Source: Podarcis vaucheri | Taxonomy: Eukaryota | Assembly (NCBI GenBank): GCA_965113315.1 | Contig: OZ220367.1 | DNA: 64,000 nucleotides | Direction: 5' to 3' (one strand) | In this document: positions 1-11,336 of the stretch, one piece after another | Layout: every line of letters starts with the position of its first letter | How positions within the stretch are numbered: the first letter of the stretch is position 1 | Position numbers and translations under genes: made by a program | Notes under the pieces: generated by a model | What the model was told of the DNA's origin: nothing | Databases searched by the model: none | The model's input: the letters and a program-made list of their open reading frames with translations, nothing else

Positions 1-379
1 TCATTGTTCCACCTGATGTGTGTGTCTTTAAGGGGCCGGAGCAAGGGCCAGAGCAAGATAACGAGACCCAGCTTTACAGCTGTGAAACATAGCAGGTGCT
101 GCTGAGTTGTATTTGATTAAGGCGTGTCAGCATTTGGGTAGAGTATATAAGGAGCAGCACCTAGCTCTCCCATTACCCTGGGGGATGGGTTGGTGGTTGG
201 GTCTGGTTTGGTTTGGTTTGTTAATGTATTTAGTGTAAATGGAGTTTTTGTTTTTCTTATTAAAACCTTTAAGTACTTTTTGAGTCCTTTCTTTTTAATG
301 CATGATCTCCCCAGCAAGCTCTCTGCAGCGTTACCATACTGCAAAAAGCCAACAGAAGGTGGTCACCATCTTATGGTCT

Positions 380-564
380 TGATCTATCGGCTATTTTTAA
401 AATGAGGCTGCATTTTAAATTGCATTTTAACCTGTATTTTAAATTGGTTTTCCCCCTCCCCCCATTATGTTTTTACTGTGATTTTATTGGTGTTTGCTGC
501 CCTGAGCCCGGCTCTGGCCGGGGAGGGCAGGGTATAAATTATTATTATTATTATTATTATTATT

Positions 565-609
<45 letters not shown>

Positions 610-612
610 ATT
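380..612 (+). mobile_element. L2 LINE 3' end fragment with (ATT)n(GTT)n microsatellite tail
   Basis: Ends ...gccctgagcccggctctggccggggagggcagggtataaat, closely matching the 3' end of the L2 copy at 55275-56810 (minus). Followed by ATT then GTT trinucleotide runs at ~537-612. Confidence 0.75.
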
Positions 613-2378
613 ATCTCCTCTCTAGGAACCTGCATGATTTTGCTTAGAATTCTATGCAAACTGAGTCTCTGTTTTTCTCAGCCCCATCCAAAGTTCATTG
701 TTCTTTTGATACCTCGAAATCTTCATTCACCATAGAAGCAATCCCTGTGCCTGATAAGTGAATGTGGGTGTTGGTGTGTAGGTTTTTCCCCTCAGCAAAG
801 TCCCCTCTTAGCTCCAGAGTCAGATCTCTTTCTGGGGGTTTTTTTGGGGGGTGGACACTCTTGCAAGCTTTATTAATGGAACGAACAATCCCAAGTTCTC
901 CCCTCGTTCCATTAATATGGATGCAGATAACAAGCGGTTCCTCTGCCACTCCACTATCATTTAGTAATAAATTAATACAACATTAGCCTAAGCCATCTGA
1001 GATCTCCCTAATGGACCCAAAGAAAAGAAGCAATTATAATAACTCCCAGGACTTTGACAAATAAAAAGAAAGGAAAATAAGCTGGAAATAGTTGAGAAAT
1101 CGGCAGCCTGGCAGACACAGCACAGGCTTGCCCTTGGTTTATCAGCTGCTTCCATCCCCTGAGGGGAGACAGGAGGGCCACGAAGCCTGAGGCAGCCGCA
1201 GGGCCCTCTTTGCGTGCTTGTAGCAGCGCCCTAAGGCTGCCTACAGTTGAGCAAATCATCGGTTTTTATCGTGTTCCAAATAAGCCATCTGCTAATAAAA
1301 CATTGTGTGTTGCTGTTCAGCGCAAACAACAACTGTTACGTCTAGTTAATATTATTTTTCCAGGAGCCAATTCTTTTTTCGGTTCCCGATTAAGAAGCCA
1401 AATATTAACTCTAGCCCTTTGTGGCTCTTTTGCGGAGTTACGTTTGCAAGCAGCGATGAAATAGCTGTGAGGCAGGTGGCACACGAGCCTTTTCAACAGT
1501 GTTTGCTGTTCAGTCCCTTCAGTGCGCTGAATAAGTTTCCGAAGCAAATGTCTTCTGATTTTCCGTGATAAGGCAATATACACAACAATCACATGCTGTT
1601 TTGCTGAAGAAATGGCTTCATAGCTTAAACTTTCCCTGAAATGGGATGCTTTAAATCAAGGGTAGGGAACCTTTTTCCAGCCCACTGTTTCCTTCTGGGC
1701 AATTTTCCAGGGGACACATGCCAGGGGTGGGAGGAGCCAGAGGCAAAAGTGGGCGGAGCTGTGGATGTAAGTTTTATCTTTCTACACACACCAATCTATC
1801 CTGCATTGAGCCATTCCTTTCCCCAGAACTGAGATTCGCTACTCCCTATTCAAAGCACCCAGCAACCTTGGGCAGCATGTCCTGGCAGGAGCTGGCACAT
1901 GCCTTCCTTCGCCCTTCTGTGCACACATTTTGCTGCTAATAGCATGGCAGCATTTGCCATTTTAAATGTCCCACCATGCCTTGGGCACTACGGAATGGTA
2001 AAAACAGTGGACAGCTGGCCAGATCTAGCCACTGCTGACAGGTAAACCAGTGATTGCCAGGGTGGTGGGGCACTGCTCCTGCTTTTAACGTTGTTAGAAA
2101 CGCATGGGACACAGTTCAACTTCCCATTGGCAGTGTGTGGGGTAGGGTGGAGCCACAGGGGCACCCTCCCAGCAATCCACTGCTGCTCACGTGGATGCAG
2201 CTGGGGTGGGGCAGGACAGCAGTGAAGTCAGGGGGTGCTTCTCCCCTGGTGGACCCACACAGCCGTGGTCTAGCCATTGTCCCGCTCCTCTGCAATCCTG
2301 TCTAGGTAAGTAGCAGTGATGCCGACACTGGTGTCAAAAGGCTGGATTTGCTGCTCTGCCCCATCATACACATCAGTA

Positions 2379-2919
2379 CAGTGGTACCTTGGGTTAAGAA
2401 CTTCATTCATTCTGGAGGTCCGTTCTTAACCTGAAACTGTTCTTAACCTGAGGTACCACTTTAGCTAATGGGGCCTCCTGCTGCCGCTGCGTGAGTTCTG
2501 TTCTCATCGTGAAGCAAAGTTCTTAACCCGAGGTACTATTTCTGGGTTAGCAGAGTCTGTAACCTGAAGCGTTTGTAACCTGAGATACAGTGGTGCCCCG
2601 CAAGACGAATGCCTCGCAAGGCGGAAAACCTGCTAGACGAAAGGGTTTTCCGTTTTTGAGCTGCTTCGCAAGACGATTTTCCCTATGGGCTTGCTTTGCA
2701 AGACGAAAACGGCTTGCTTTGCAAGTCGAAAACGTCTTGCGAGTGTTCCGATTTTTTTCCGCTTTCCCCCCTTTTTCTAAGCCGCTAATCTGTTAAGCCT
2801 TTAATAGCTGCTAAGCCTTTAATAGCCGCTAGGGTTGCTTCGCAAGATGAAAAAACCGCTAGACGAAGAGACTTGCGGAACGGATTAATTTCGTCTTGCG
2901 AGGCACCACTGTACCACTG
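2379..2919. mobile_element. Tc1/mariner (Tigger/pogo-like) MITE family A, interrupted in its right TIR
   Basis: TA|cagtggtacc ... ccactg|TA. Body matches six other copies in the window. Confidence 0.9.
2588..2911. mobile_element. Tc1/mariner MITE family B nested in MITE A
   Basis: TIR cagtggtgccccgcaagacgaa / ttcgtcttgcgaggcaccactg. TA duplicated at 2586-2587 and 2912-2913. Same termini as 52349-53421. Confidence 0.9.
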
Positions 2920-2929
2920 TACTGCTACT

Positions 2930-3068
2930 GGGTAGCTCAGTTAGTTAGAGTGCGGTGCTGATAAAGCCAAGGTTTCAGATTTGATCTCCAAATGGGACAG
3001 CTGCATATTCCTGCATTGCAGGGGGTTAGATGAGATGATCCTCAGGGTCACTTCCAACTCTATGATTC
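2930..3068 (+). mobile_element. tRNA-derived SINE with CR1-type 3' tail
   Basis: Head tagctcagttagttagagtgcggtgctgataa... with A box and a degenerate B box. Tail ...ggtcacttccaactctatgattc is typical of CR1 3' ends. Confidence 0.8.
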
Positions 3069-3362
3069 CCCCAACCTCACAAAAACAAAGTGCAGAATGG
3101 CTGCTATAGAGCTCTGGTATCATCTCCCCTCTCCCAGGCACAACTCCCCTCTGTTAGTTTACCTACTTTTCCTCACAGAACTGCAGCACCCCAAACAAAC
3201 TTCAATGCTCAGGATTATTTACGGAAAATGTGCTTTAAGTGTATGGGGGTGTGTGACCTGAAACCATGTGGATCAGACTCCCGGGCAGTCTGCTACCCAG
3301 GAACTGATCAGGGTAAGGCTTCCCTAGGCTTAACATCATAGCAGCAGCAACTCCCCTTAGGC

Positions 3363-3498
3363 CAGTGATGGCCAAACGTGGCCCTCCAGCTGTTTTGGGA
3401 CTATAATTCCCATCATCCCTAGCTAACAGGACCAGTGGTCAGGGATGATAGGAATTGTAGTCCCCAAACAGCTGGAGGGCCAAGTTTGGCCATTACTG
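3363..3498. mobile_element. hAT MITE (hairpin type)
   Basis: TIR cagtgatggccaaac / gtttggccattactg. Perfect 8-bp TSD ccttaggc (3355-3362, 3499-3506). Almost fully self-complementary. Decayed relatives lie near 3950-4060, 25760-25850, 50077-50200 and 63085-63200. Confidence 0.9.
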
Positions 3499-3574
3499 CC
3501 TTAGGCCATTCTTCGGAAATCTGAACCTTCAACCCACTTTGGACTATCAAATGTAGCATAGCAGGTATGGGTTT

Positions 3575-3817
3575 TATTAAGTTGTGGGTTGACATAGCAG
3601 CCGGCACAGTGATTCCTTCAAGTAGCTCTTTATTAAGGTAAGCTGGAACAGAACTGACTGTGAACAGCTCAGCCGGCCTGTATTTATAGGCAGCCGGCTG
3701 TCAACATTGTAACCACAACAGCCCAGAGTTCCCGCCTAAAATAACTGCCGCGGACCTGAGTGAAAACTATCTACAATATCCCCCTGTTGGCCCAGGGTGA
3801 AACTACACTACATAACA
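3575..3817 (-). mobile_element. Solo LTR
   Basis: 5-bp TSD ggttt (3570-3574, 3818-3822). Termini t(a)ttaa...taaca. TATAAA and AATAAA on the minus strand. Related to 27245-27537. Confidence 0.85.
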
Positions 3818-4184
3818 GGTTTGCACAGTATGACTTGCCTTGAAAGTGGTACAAGAAACTAGCTATTCAAAGTCACCAGCACCCTTAAAAAACAGCCACC
3901 ATGAGTTAATGCACCACACTGCTTCTTTGCTGCAGGATGTCTCTGCTAAAGCAATCTTGATGCCTTCCAGATGTTTTGGATTGTAATTCCTATCAACTCC
4001 AGCCAGCATCTTTTGTAGTTCAAAACATCTGGAGGGCACCACGTTGGCAAAGTCTCCAGTGAGGCTTCTTTTGCTCAGATGCCTGCTGAATTTGTTCAGC
4101 ATTACAGTGGTACCTCGGGTTACATATGCTTCAGGTTACATATGCTTCAGGTTATAGACTCTGCTAACCCAGAAATAGTACCTC

Positions 4185-4749
4185 CAGGGACGCGGACTTA
4201 TAAAAAATATTGGGGGGGCCCGGGAAAGCTCATGAATAATAAATAAGCTCATGAATATGCACGAGGTGAAGCCTCCTCGTGAGCGAATAGGGGAGAGCGT
4301 GCTGCGCCTATTAATCAGCTCCGAAGGAAATTGGGTGGAGCTTTTGCTCGGGAGGGAGGGCAGGAGGCATGCAGCCCGACCCTGTGCATTTTGAGCTGGG
4401 GGAGGGGCGATGATGGCGCTCTGCTGGAGGGGCGCCGGAGATTATTGGGGGGGGGCGGATCCAGTGTGGTGTAGTGGTTAAGAGCGGTAGTCACGTAATC
4501 TGGGAAACCGGGTTCGTGTCTCCGCTCCTCCACATGCAGCTGCTGGGTGACCTTGGGCCAGTCACACTTCTGTGAAGTCTCTCAGCCCCACTCACCTCAC
4601 AGAGTGTTTGTTGTGGGGGAGGAAGGGAAAGGAGATTGTGAGCCGCTTTGAGACTCCTGAAGGGGAGTGAAAGGCGGGATATCAAATCCAAACTCTTCTT
4701 CTTCTTCTTCTTCTTCTTCCCCTCAAGCCCCATGGAGTCGGCGCCTATG
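4185..4749. mobile_element. Non-autonomous hAT element nested in MITE A
   Basis: Perfect 8-bp TSD agtacctc (4177-4184, 4750-4757). Imperfect TIR cagggacgcggact / agtcggcgcctatg, similar to 33877-34152. Confidence 0.85.
4461..4719 (+). mobile_element. tRNA-derived SINE (MIR/Squam3-like) with (TTC)n tail
   Basis: A box tggtgtagtgg, B box ggttcgtgtct, gtgaccttgggc core, (ttc)n tail. Near-identical copy at 16297-16544. Confidence 0.85.
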
Positions 4750-5559
4750 AGTACCTCCGGTTAAGAACTCTGCTTCAGGATGAGAACAGAAATCGTGCTC
4801 CGGCGGCGCGGCAGCAGCAGGAGGCCCCATTAACTAAAGTGGTGCTTCAGGTTAAGAACAGTTTCAGGTTAAGAATGGACCTCCGGAACAAATTAAGTAC
4901 TTAACCCGAGGTACCACTGTATTAGGAATCTCGCTGTGGATTATTTGTACTATTCCTTAACCTTTAACATGTTTTATAGACAGATGTGCTTATGAATCTT
5001 ATGTATTTTTTCCTGGGGGGGAATGACCTGGGCACAGTCATTCATTCCCTGTAACCTGAAGGGCCCTAGGCTTGTAGAGGCTGTGCTGAGGCATGAGTTC
5101 CTAATACAGCTTCATCTAGAAAGCCATAGCAGTCCATAGCTTTACTGTAACAAATTTGCTGATATTAAGTGGATTTGAACACACAGCGGGTGTCATAAAC
5201 TTCTCCAATTGGGTTATACTGAACTCATCACTTTAATCCAACCGCTCCTATTACCCTTCACAGTAAACACAATCAAGATTTGAATCTAAACCTCTCATTC
5301 TCCCATCTCTGCATGCTATAAATGTTTCTGAACCGACAGGCGCTCACATGATTGGATGTCATGTGCTGTAATGTTACCACAGTAAACAGCACCATCTAGG
5401 GATCCACATTTGGATGATTTGTGCTTGAAGAAAATTTGACATGTAGAATTAGCTGTATGTACAGAGCAAGGTAGGTGTGTGTCGTTACTAGAGCTATGTG
5501 TGTTTTGAGTGATCCCAGAACTGAAGTATTTGTTTATTAAATCACATTTAAATACCTGC

Positions 5560-5770
5560 TTTTCCCCATGGAAACTCTTAAGGCAGCACACATGGTTCCC
5601 ACCTCCTATTTTATCTTCACAACATCCCCAGGGGGAGGTTAGACAGAGAGGGAGGGAGGGAGGGAGGGAGGCTGGGCCCAAATACCCCAGCGAGCTTTAT
5701 AATGGAGTTGGAATTTGAACTTGGGTCTGCCTAGTCATGCTCCAGCACTTGACAACTGCATCACACTGGA
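5560..5770 (-). mobile_element. Decayed MIR/Squam3-like SINE
   Basis: Reverse complement gives cagtgtgatgcagttgtcaagtgctggagcatgactaggcagacccaagttcaaattcc ... ggatgttgtgaagataaaa. A similar plus-strand copy lies at ~34810-35000. Confidence 0.6.
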
Positions 5771-5895
5771 TCTCACTGTATTCCTTAACATGTTCACAAC
5801 AAATGTGTTGCCTGCTACAGTGCATGAAAGTCAAGACTGCCACCACTGGGTGCCCCAAGCATGAAACCCAGTTAAGCATAAGGTCTATAGCTCAG

Positions 5896-6500
5896 TGCCA
5901 TGTGGACTAAGGAGTGGTGGGAGGTACCAGCTGGAGAACCTGCAAGGAAGCCCCGAGGGAAAGAAGGGTCAGAGCTTGGGCATGGTGGTGGCATGACGAT
6001 GCGTGGTCAGAGAGAGAAGAGAGGGCAGACTGGGAGGAGGAGATGGCAGAAGCTGAAGAGGCAACAGGCTTTAGTGAGCAGGAAGAGGCTGGGACAGAGA
6101 GCAGTCCAGGTTCAGAGTCAGAAGCGGAGGCTGGAGGGGAGGTGGCCAAGAAGCAGAGATGAAACAGGCTGCTGAAGAATCCAGGGAGTCTACCCCTCCT
6201 GCTGCGACCAGCTCCACTCCCTGTGATTTCCCAGAACCTGCAGAGGTATGAAGAGGGCAAGCAGAGACAGACAAGGCAAAGAACTCTCAGGTTGCTTGGG
6301 AAGGACCCAAGAGTGAAGGAGACTTAGGGAGTTGTGGGGAAGTGGGGACTTTCAATCCTTGCAACAACCTCATTGGGGCAGGATCTTCAAGGAAGTGTTG
6401 TTATGCTCACCAGGCCAGGCTTCCTGAGTTGCTTGTTTCTTTGAATAACGAGTTAGCTTCACTGACACTGGCAGTTTTTATTGGCGACCTACTCCTGACA
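5896..6500 (+). mobile_element. Solo LTR (purine-rich), inserted in the head of a tRNA SINE
   Basis: Termini tg(c)ca...tgaca. 5-bp TSD ctcag/ttcag. The flanks join to rebuild a SINE head (ctatagctcag...cagagcaacatgctttg...aaggtccc). Confidence 0.7.
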
Positions 6501-6618
6501 TTCAGCAGCAGAGCAACATGCTTTGAATTGGAAAGGTCCCGTGTCCAGCCACTTGCTTCTGCAGGTAGCCCTGGGCATGACCTCTGCCTGAGAGCTTGCA
6601 GGGCCACTGCAATGTAGA

Positions 6619-6971
6619 CCACTGCTAGGAAACCTCCGACTTGCAGGCCCGATTAGGCCCAAGACCTTCACATTTGGCCTGTGAGGTACACACCTGTGCA
6701 CCCCCTGCTGTCGTATGATGTCAGGCCCTGGATTAGCAAAGCCATGGTGCCGATCCCCAAAGGAAGAATCGGGAACACACTAAGGGCACTCCTGCCGCTT
6801 TAATTCAGTGCTTTTCACATAGCCCTGCCTACTGACCAGGAAAGAAACCAGATGCACTCCCAAGTCTTCCTTTGCGGCCGTGGCTTTAAATGTGAATCAC
6901 CTGGTGTCGTATGATGTCAGGGGATTAGCATGTGTGTGGTCCTGCCCAAATGTCAAAGAGGCCCACCCCTG
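6619..6971. mobile_element. Probable old non-autonomous DNA transposon (hAT-like)
   Basis: Ends ...gcccacccctg. Internal direct repeat tgtcgtatgatgtcagg (~6709 and ~6905). Interrupts the same SINE. No clean TSD. Confidence 0.4.
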
Positions 6972-8231
6972 GCATTGGCAGTACTGCGCTGGCTAGACCA
7001 AAGGAGTAATTTGGCAGAAGGATGTGTTTCTGGATATTTGAACTCATGCCTGAATCCCATGCCCTGTGTGCACAGTGCTTGTGGTTACAAACGGGGTATG
7101 TAAGAAGCAACTATGATACAAACACTTTGAATATGCTAATTGCCACGTTGCTCTGTAGGGATTAACCTCTTGCGCCCTGGAATAATAGGCGATTCCAATC
7201 TGTGAAGCTGAATGCTGGCTGAGGATTGAATGGCCATTCATGTCTGCTCCGCGATGATACGAAATTCATTTCCAAAGCTTCTTGAGGATATAAGTACTAT
7301 TCTCTGAAATTTTCCCAGTAAAGTAAAATCCTCCTAAAATGATTAGCTTTCCGATTAATAACCTTGTAATCATTTCACACGGAAAGGGATTACAATTGCA
7401 AGCCTCATCCTCTACTATATTATTTACCTTAAAAAAATATATAAAAAAGCTCGGCTTTAATTATGCTGGATATTATTGCCCCTCATTTTCAGGGCTGTTA
7501 ATTTGTTTCATCAAATTAAGTCCCCATAATAAGTAAGGAGCAGAAAAAGTTTATCTATATTGCTTGTAGTTTATCTATGCTGCTCACTTAAATGCAGCAT
7601 ATGTTAAATGTTTCAAAGACTTGACACCTCTGCTTTAGTTTTGCTGCTCTGCCTTCCAATCAGGTGTTGATCATCTACTTTTAATACGCTGGAGCACATC
7701 TAAGCCACTGCTGGAACCTTTAATGCTAAATTTTATGTAAACAACTAACCCGCAGAAGGGTTATGTTCACCATTTGTGGGAGAAATAGTGTGCTGGGATA
7801 TTGAATTTCAAAGCTAGCTGGATTTCCAGCAGATGTGTTTGATGTCTGTCAAACCCTTTGCACTGCTTCAGTAGAACAGCATTCATTAACGTAAATGCCA
7901 TGCAGTAAAAAGTGCTTTTCAGTGCACATTTAATATGTAGCATGTCTGGCTGCATTTTAACATTAGGGCAATCTATCCTAGTATTCAAAGCCATTTCAGC
8001 TGGTGATACTGTCCATGATAAGACCCCACCCCCCACCCCCATGGCCCTAAACAACCGCTGAGCCAGCAGTTCTCACAAATATTCTTTAAAAAAATAAAAA
8101 ACCAAAGATTATTCTTTTCGTAACCTCCCTTCCTCATATTCTCTGAATGCTCTTCTCTTTTTATTTTCTGTGCCCATCTTGCCATAGCATGAGGCCAATG
8201 TCATGCCAAACTCTAAACTGATGCCAGAAAC

Positions 8232-8332
8232 TGTGTTTTAATATTCTGCTGGAAGCCGCCCAGAGTGGCTGGGGAAACCCAGCCAGATGGGTGGGGTATA
8301 AATAATAATAATAATAATTAATAAATTATTAT
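8232..8332 (+). mobile_element. L2-type 3' end fragment with (TAA)n tail
   Basis: gccgcccagagtggctggggaaacccagccagatgggtggggtataaataataat. Same motif at 19600-19745 and 30363-31045. Confidence 0.75.
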
Positions 8333-8409
8333 CTGAATCCTCAGGGGATGAACCAGTCACCCCATGAGTCAAGGACCTTGAGGAGCAGGCAGGACCTCTA
8401 TATCCAATA

Positions 8410-8655
8410 CAGTCATACCTCGGGTTAAATGTGCTTCAAGTTGAGCATTTTCAGGTTATGCTCCACGGCAACCCGGAAGTAACGGAGCGTGTTACTTCTG
8501 GGTTTCGCCACTCACACATGCGCGGATGTTCAAAATGATGTCACGCGCATGCGCGGAAGTGGCAAATCGCGACCCACGCAGGCGCGGGTTGCGTTCGCTT
8601 CAGGATGCGAACGGGGCTCCGGAATGGATCCCGTTTGCACCCAGAGGTACCATTG
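8410..8655. mobile_element. Tc1/mariner MITE, CpG-rich
   Basis: TA|cagtcatacctcggg ... ccagaggtaccattg|TA. Confidence 0.8.
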
Positions 8656-10147
8656 TACTGAGGGTCCCCTTGAGGGGACCTCTGGGTTCACACCTGATGA
8701 AGGACCCCTGGGGCTGTCAGAGGAGGTGAACACTGTCCTAGAGCTTCCTGCCTATTTCCCATTCTGTTTATTCTGCTAAATTAAAAGTTGAAGGAATATA
8801 ATCCTAGTGATCAGTGACTAAACTGGTTATCTTTGTTTGCTTTGTTTCGTAAAGTTGTCTTACCATTTTATCTGTGCAGCAACCATTCCTTAGCAGGAGG
8901 CGTTGATTAGATTTTCTGGGTAACTAGATTACAGAGGTGGGGGCTGCTTTGTTTTCAGCACCAAAGTGCCCTCTCCAGGGCACTAGCCCATCCACTGTGG
9001 ATTACTTGTGCTGATCTTTATACAAGGTATTAGAAGCTCAGGGCATTTCTTCAATGCCTTCCAGGACAGGTTTAAGACAAGACTGGTACCAGAGTAAAAA
9101 AAAAAAACAGTTCATAATGGGGATCTCATGTCATATTGAGTTATGCCAACCTTTTAACTCATGCCATGATCTATAGTAATAAGACACAGAAAAAGTTCAG
9201 ATTGACACACACCTGTTCACAATCATACCAGATGCACATTTAAGGCAAGGAGCTCTTCCTCCAACTGGAAAAAGATTGTAAAAACAAAACAAAAAATGCA
9301 TTTAATTGTTTCCAGAAAGTACAGCCTGAGATAGGTTGGCAGGAATGGTGATCCAATGATGAAAAGCGCCACATTCATAACAGTTGGTCTGTCCAGGTGT
9401 AATTTTTTTTACTTTTTACTGAATTATATGCATTTTTTATTTTATTTTATTTATTTATTTAGAAGATTTCTAAACCACTTGATCAAGGCTCTCTAAATGG
9501 TGTGCAAATAAAACTGTAAATAAAGCACTGCTAAAACACACAAAGCAGTTAAAAACTAATATACATAGATGCTTCCAGCATTTTGTTTGTGGAGCTTTTC
9601 CTAAACCCCCCCCCCCACACACATTATTTTAGATTGAATTTATTTAATGTTGACCTCATTGTTCAATTGGCAGACCACCAAACAAAAGGGAGAAGAAAGT
9701 AGTAGAGAGTGAAATCTCAGTGTACACCAGGACTTCTCAACAGCTAGAAATGATCCATTCTTTCCTCTATCCACCTTTGCGCCAGCATTCGTAAATCAAG
9801 CATGCTTATTACCAATGAGCCTTCCTACAGACCATCTCTCTGAGACTTCTCCCCACTGCCACCATTTGTGACAGGTTGAAAAATAAAACACAACAGTTTG
9901 GAGAATAGCAAACAGCTGAATTATTTTCCTCCCCCCACCGCTACTCTCTTACGGACATTACACTGAAAGCAAGGACAATGAGATTTATAACCAGAAATAA
10001 AAGAAATTTAAGAAGCGTAATCTAAAATTGATTTTAATGCACTTCCTGGTCAGATACCATCAACCCTGGCTTGCAACTGAATGGATAATTTCATTTTTTT
10101 TGGACACGGAAAAATAGATACTTGAATACAAATGATGCTTATGGATG

Positions 10148-10347
10148 NNNNNNNNNNNNNNNNNNNNNNNNNNNNNNNNNNNNNNNNNNNNNNNNNNNNN
10201 NNNNNNNNNNNNNNNNNNNNNNNNNNNNNNNNNNNNNNNNNNNNNNNNNNNNNNNNNNNNNNNNNNNNNNNNNNNNNNNNNNNNNNNNNNNNNNNNNNNN
10301 NNNNNNNNNNNNNNNNNNNNNNNNNNNNNNNNNNNNNNNNNNNNNNN
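10148..10347. other. Assembly gap (200 N)
   Basis: Run of exactly 200 N. Confidence 1.
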
Positions 10348-10986
10348 GTATAAACACTCCACAAGCAAATAAGGATAAATGCAGAATGAATGCTCATTAT
10401 CATATAACTGCTCCATAAACCATTCAGAAAGAATGCTAAATAAAAACTGGACATAAGCTTTGTGCAAGCAAGTCAAGATGAACGCTCAATTAACAGGTCC
10501 TCTGGAGATGCCCATATTTAGACATACAGCCCCCAAAGTTTAAGAAATCTGATACATATGGTGTTTGATATTTTTTGTTTATCTGTTTACTTATTTATTG
10601 TGAAATATTTACAGGCTGCCTTTTTCCAAGCACAACAGTTTCACATAGTGTTTATTTATGTCTCTGTGATGTGTCTCTTTAAGGAAATTCAGCAGCTACC
10701 TTCCCAATTGTTTTAAAATGTTGAAAATATACATATAGGCTTTCATCATATTGAGGAAAGGAAGAAGGTTCAGCAGAATTCTCTGTCACACTCTGGTTTA
10801 GTCTACCACTGACAAGTGGAAGAATCCCTGAAAACATGGTCCCACCACTAAGCCCTTCCTGATCAAGGAAGTAGAAGATTGGGTTAGTATCTGGACTAAT
10901 TCTTGTTAAAAGGAGGATGCTTATCAAACAATGTGGCATTGATTAATGCTAGCTGACTGTGTATATTATGTAGTGATTTATTAATT

Positions 10987-11336
10987 TTGTTGTCGTTTAG
11001 TCGTGTCCGACTCTTCGTGACCCCATGGACCAGAGCACGCCAGGCACTCCTGTCTTCCACTGCCTCCCTCAGTTTGGTCAAACTCATGTTGGTAGCTTTG
11101 AGAACACTATCCAACCATCTCATCCTCTGTCGTCCCCTTCTCCTTGTGCCCTCCATCTTTCCCAACATCAGGGTCTTTTCCAGGGAGTCTTCTCTTCTCA
11201 TGAGGTGGCCAAAGTATTGGAGCCTCAGCTTCACGATCTGTCCTTCCAGTGAGCACTCAGGGCTAATTTCCTTAAGAATGGATATGTTTGATCTTCTTGC
11301 AGTCCATGGACTCTCAAGAGTCTCCTCCAGCAGCAC
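10987..11336 (-). mobile_element. BovB (RTE) LINE 3' fragment
   Basis: Translates to PWTARRSNISILKEISPECSLEGQIVKLRLQYFGHLMRREDSLEKTLMLGK...WRALVHGVTKSRTRL. Short (CAA) tail. Matches the 3' end of 20526-21910. Confidence 0.95.

Larger units (their letters stand above)
4105..4919. mobile_element. MITE family A interrupted by a hAT element that itself contains a SINE
   Basis: TA|cagtggtacctcgggtta ... taacccgaggtaccactg|TA. Confidence 0.9.

Noticed and set aside
402-659. Poly-Y/C and poly-T/I ORFs
   Set aside because: Translation of the trinucleotide microsatellite.
2930-3005. Functional tRNA gene
   Set aside because: Degenerate B box and stems; continues into a SINE body and CR1 tail.
5900-6274. 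Acidic/Ser-rich ORFs
   Set aside because: They lie within a purine-rich solo LTR bounded by a TSD and are compositional.
10050-10476. ORFs of 70-138 aa
   Set aside because: They run through the N gap.
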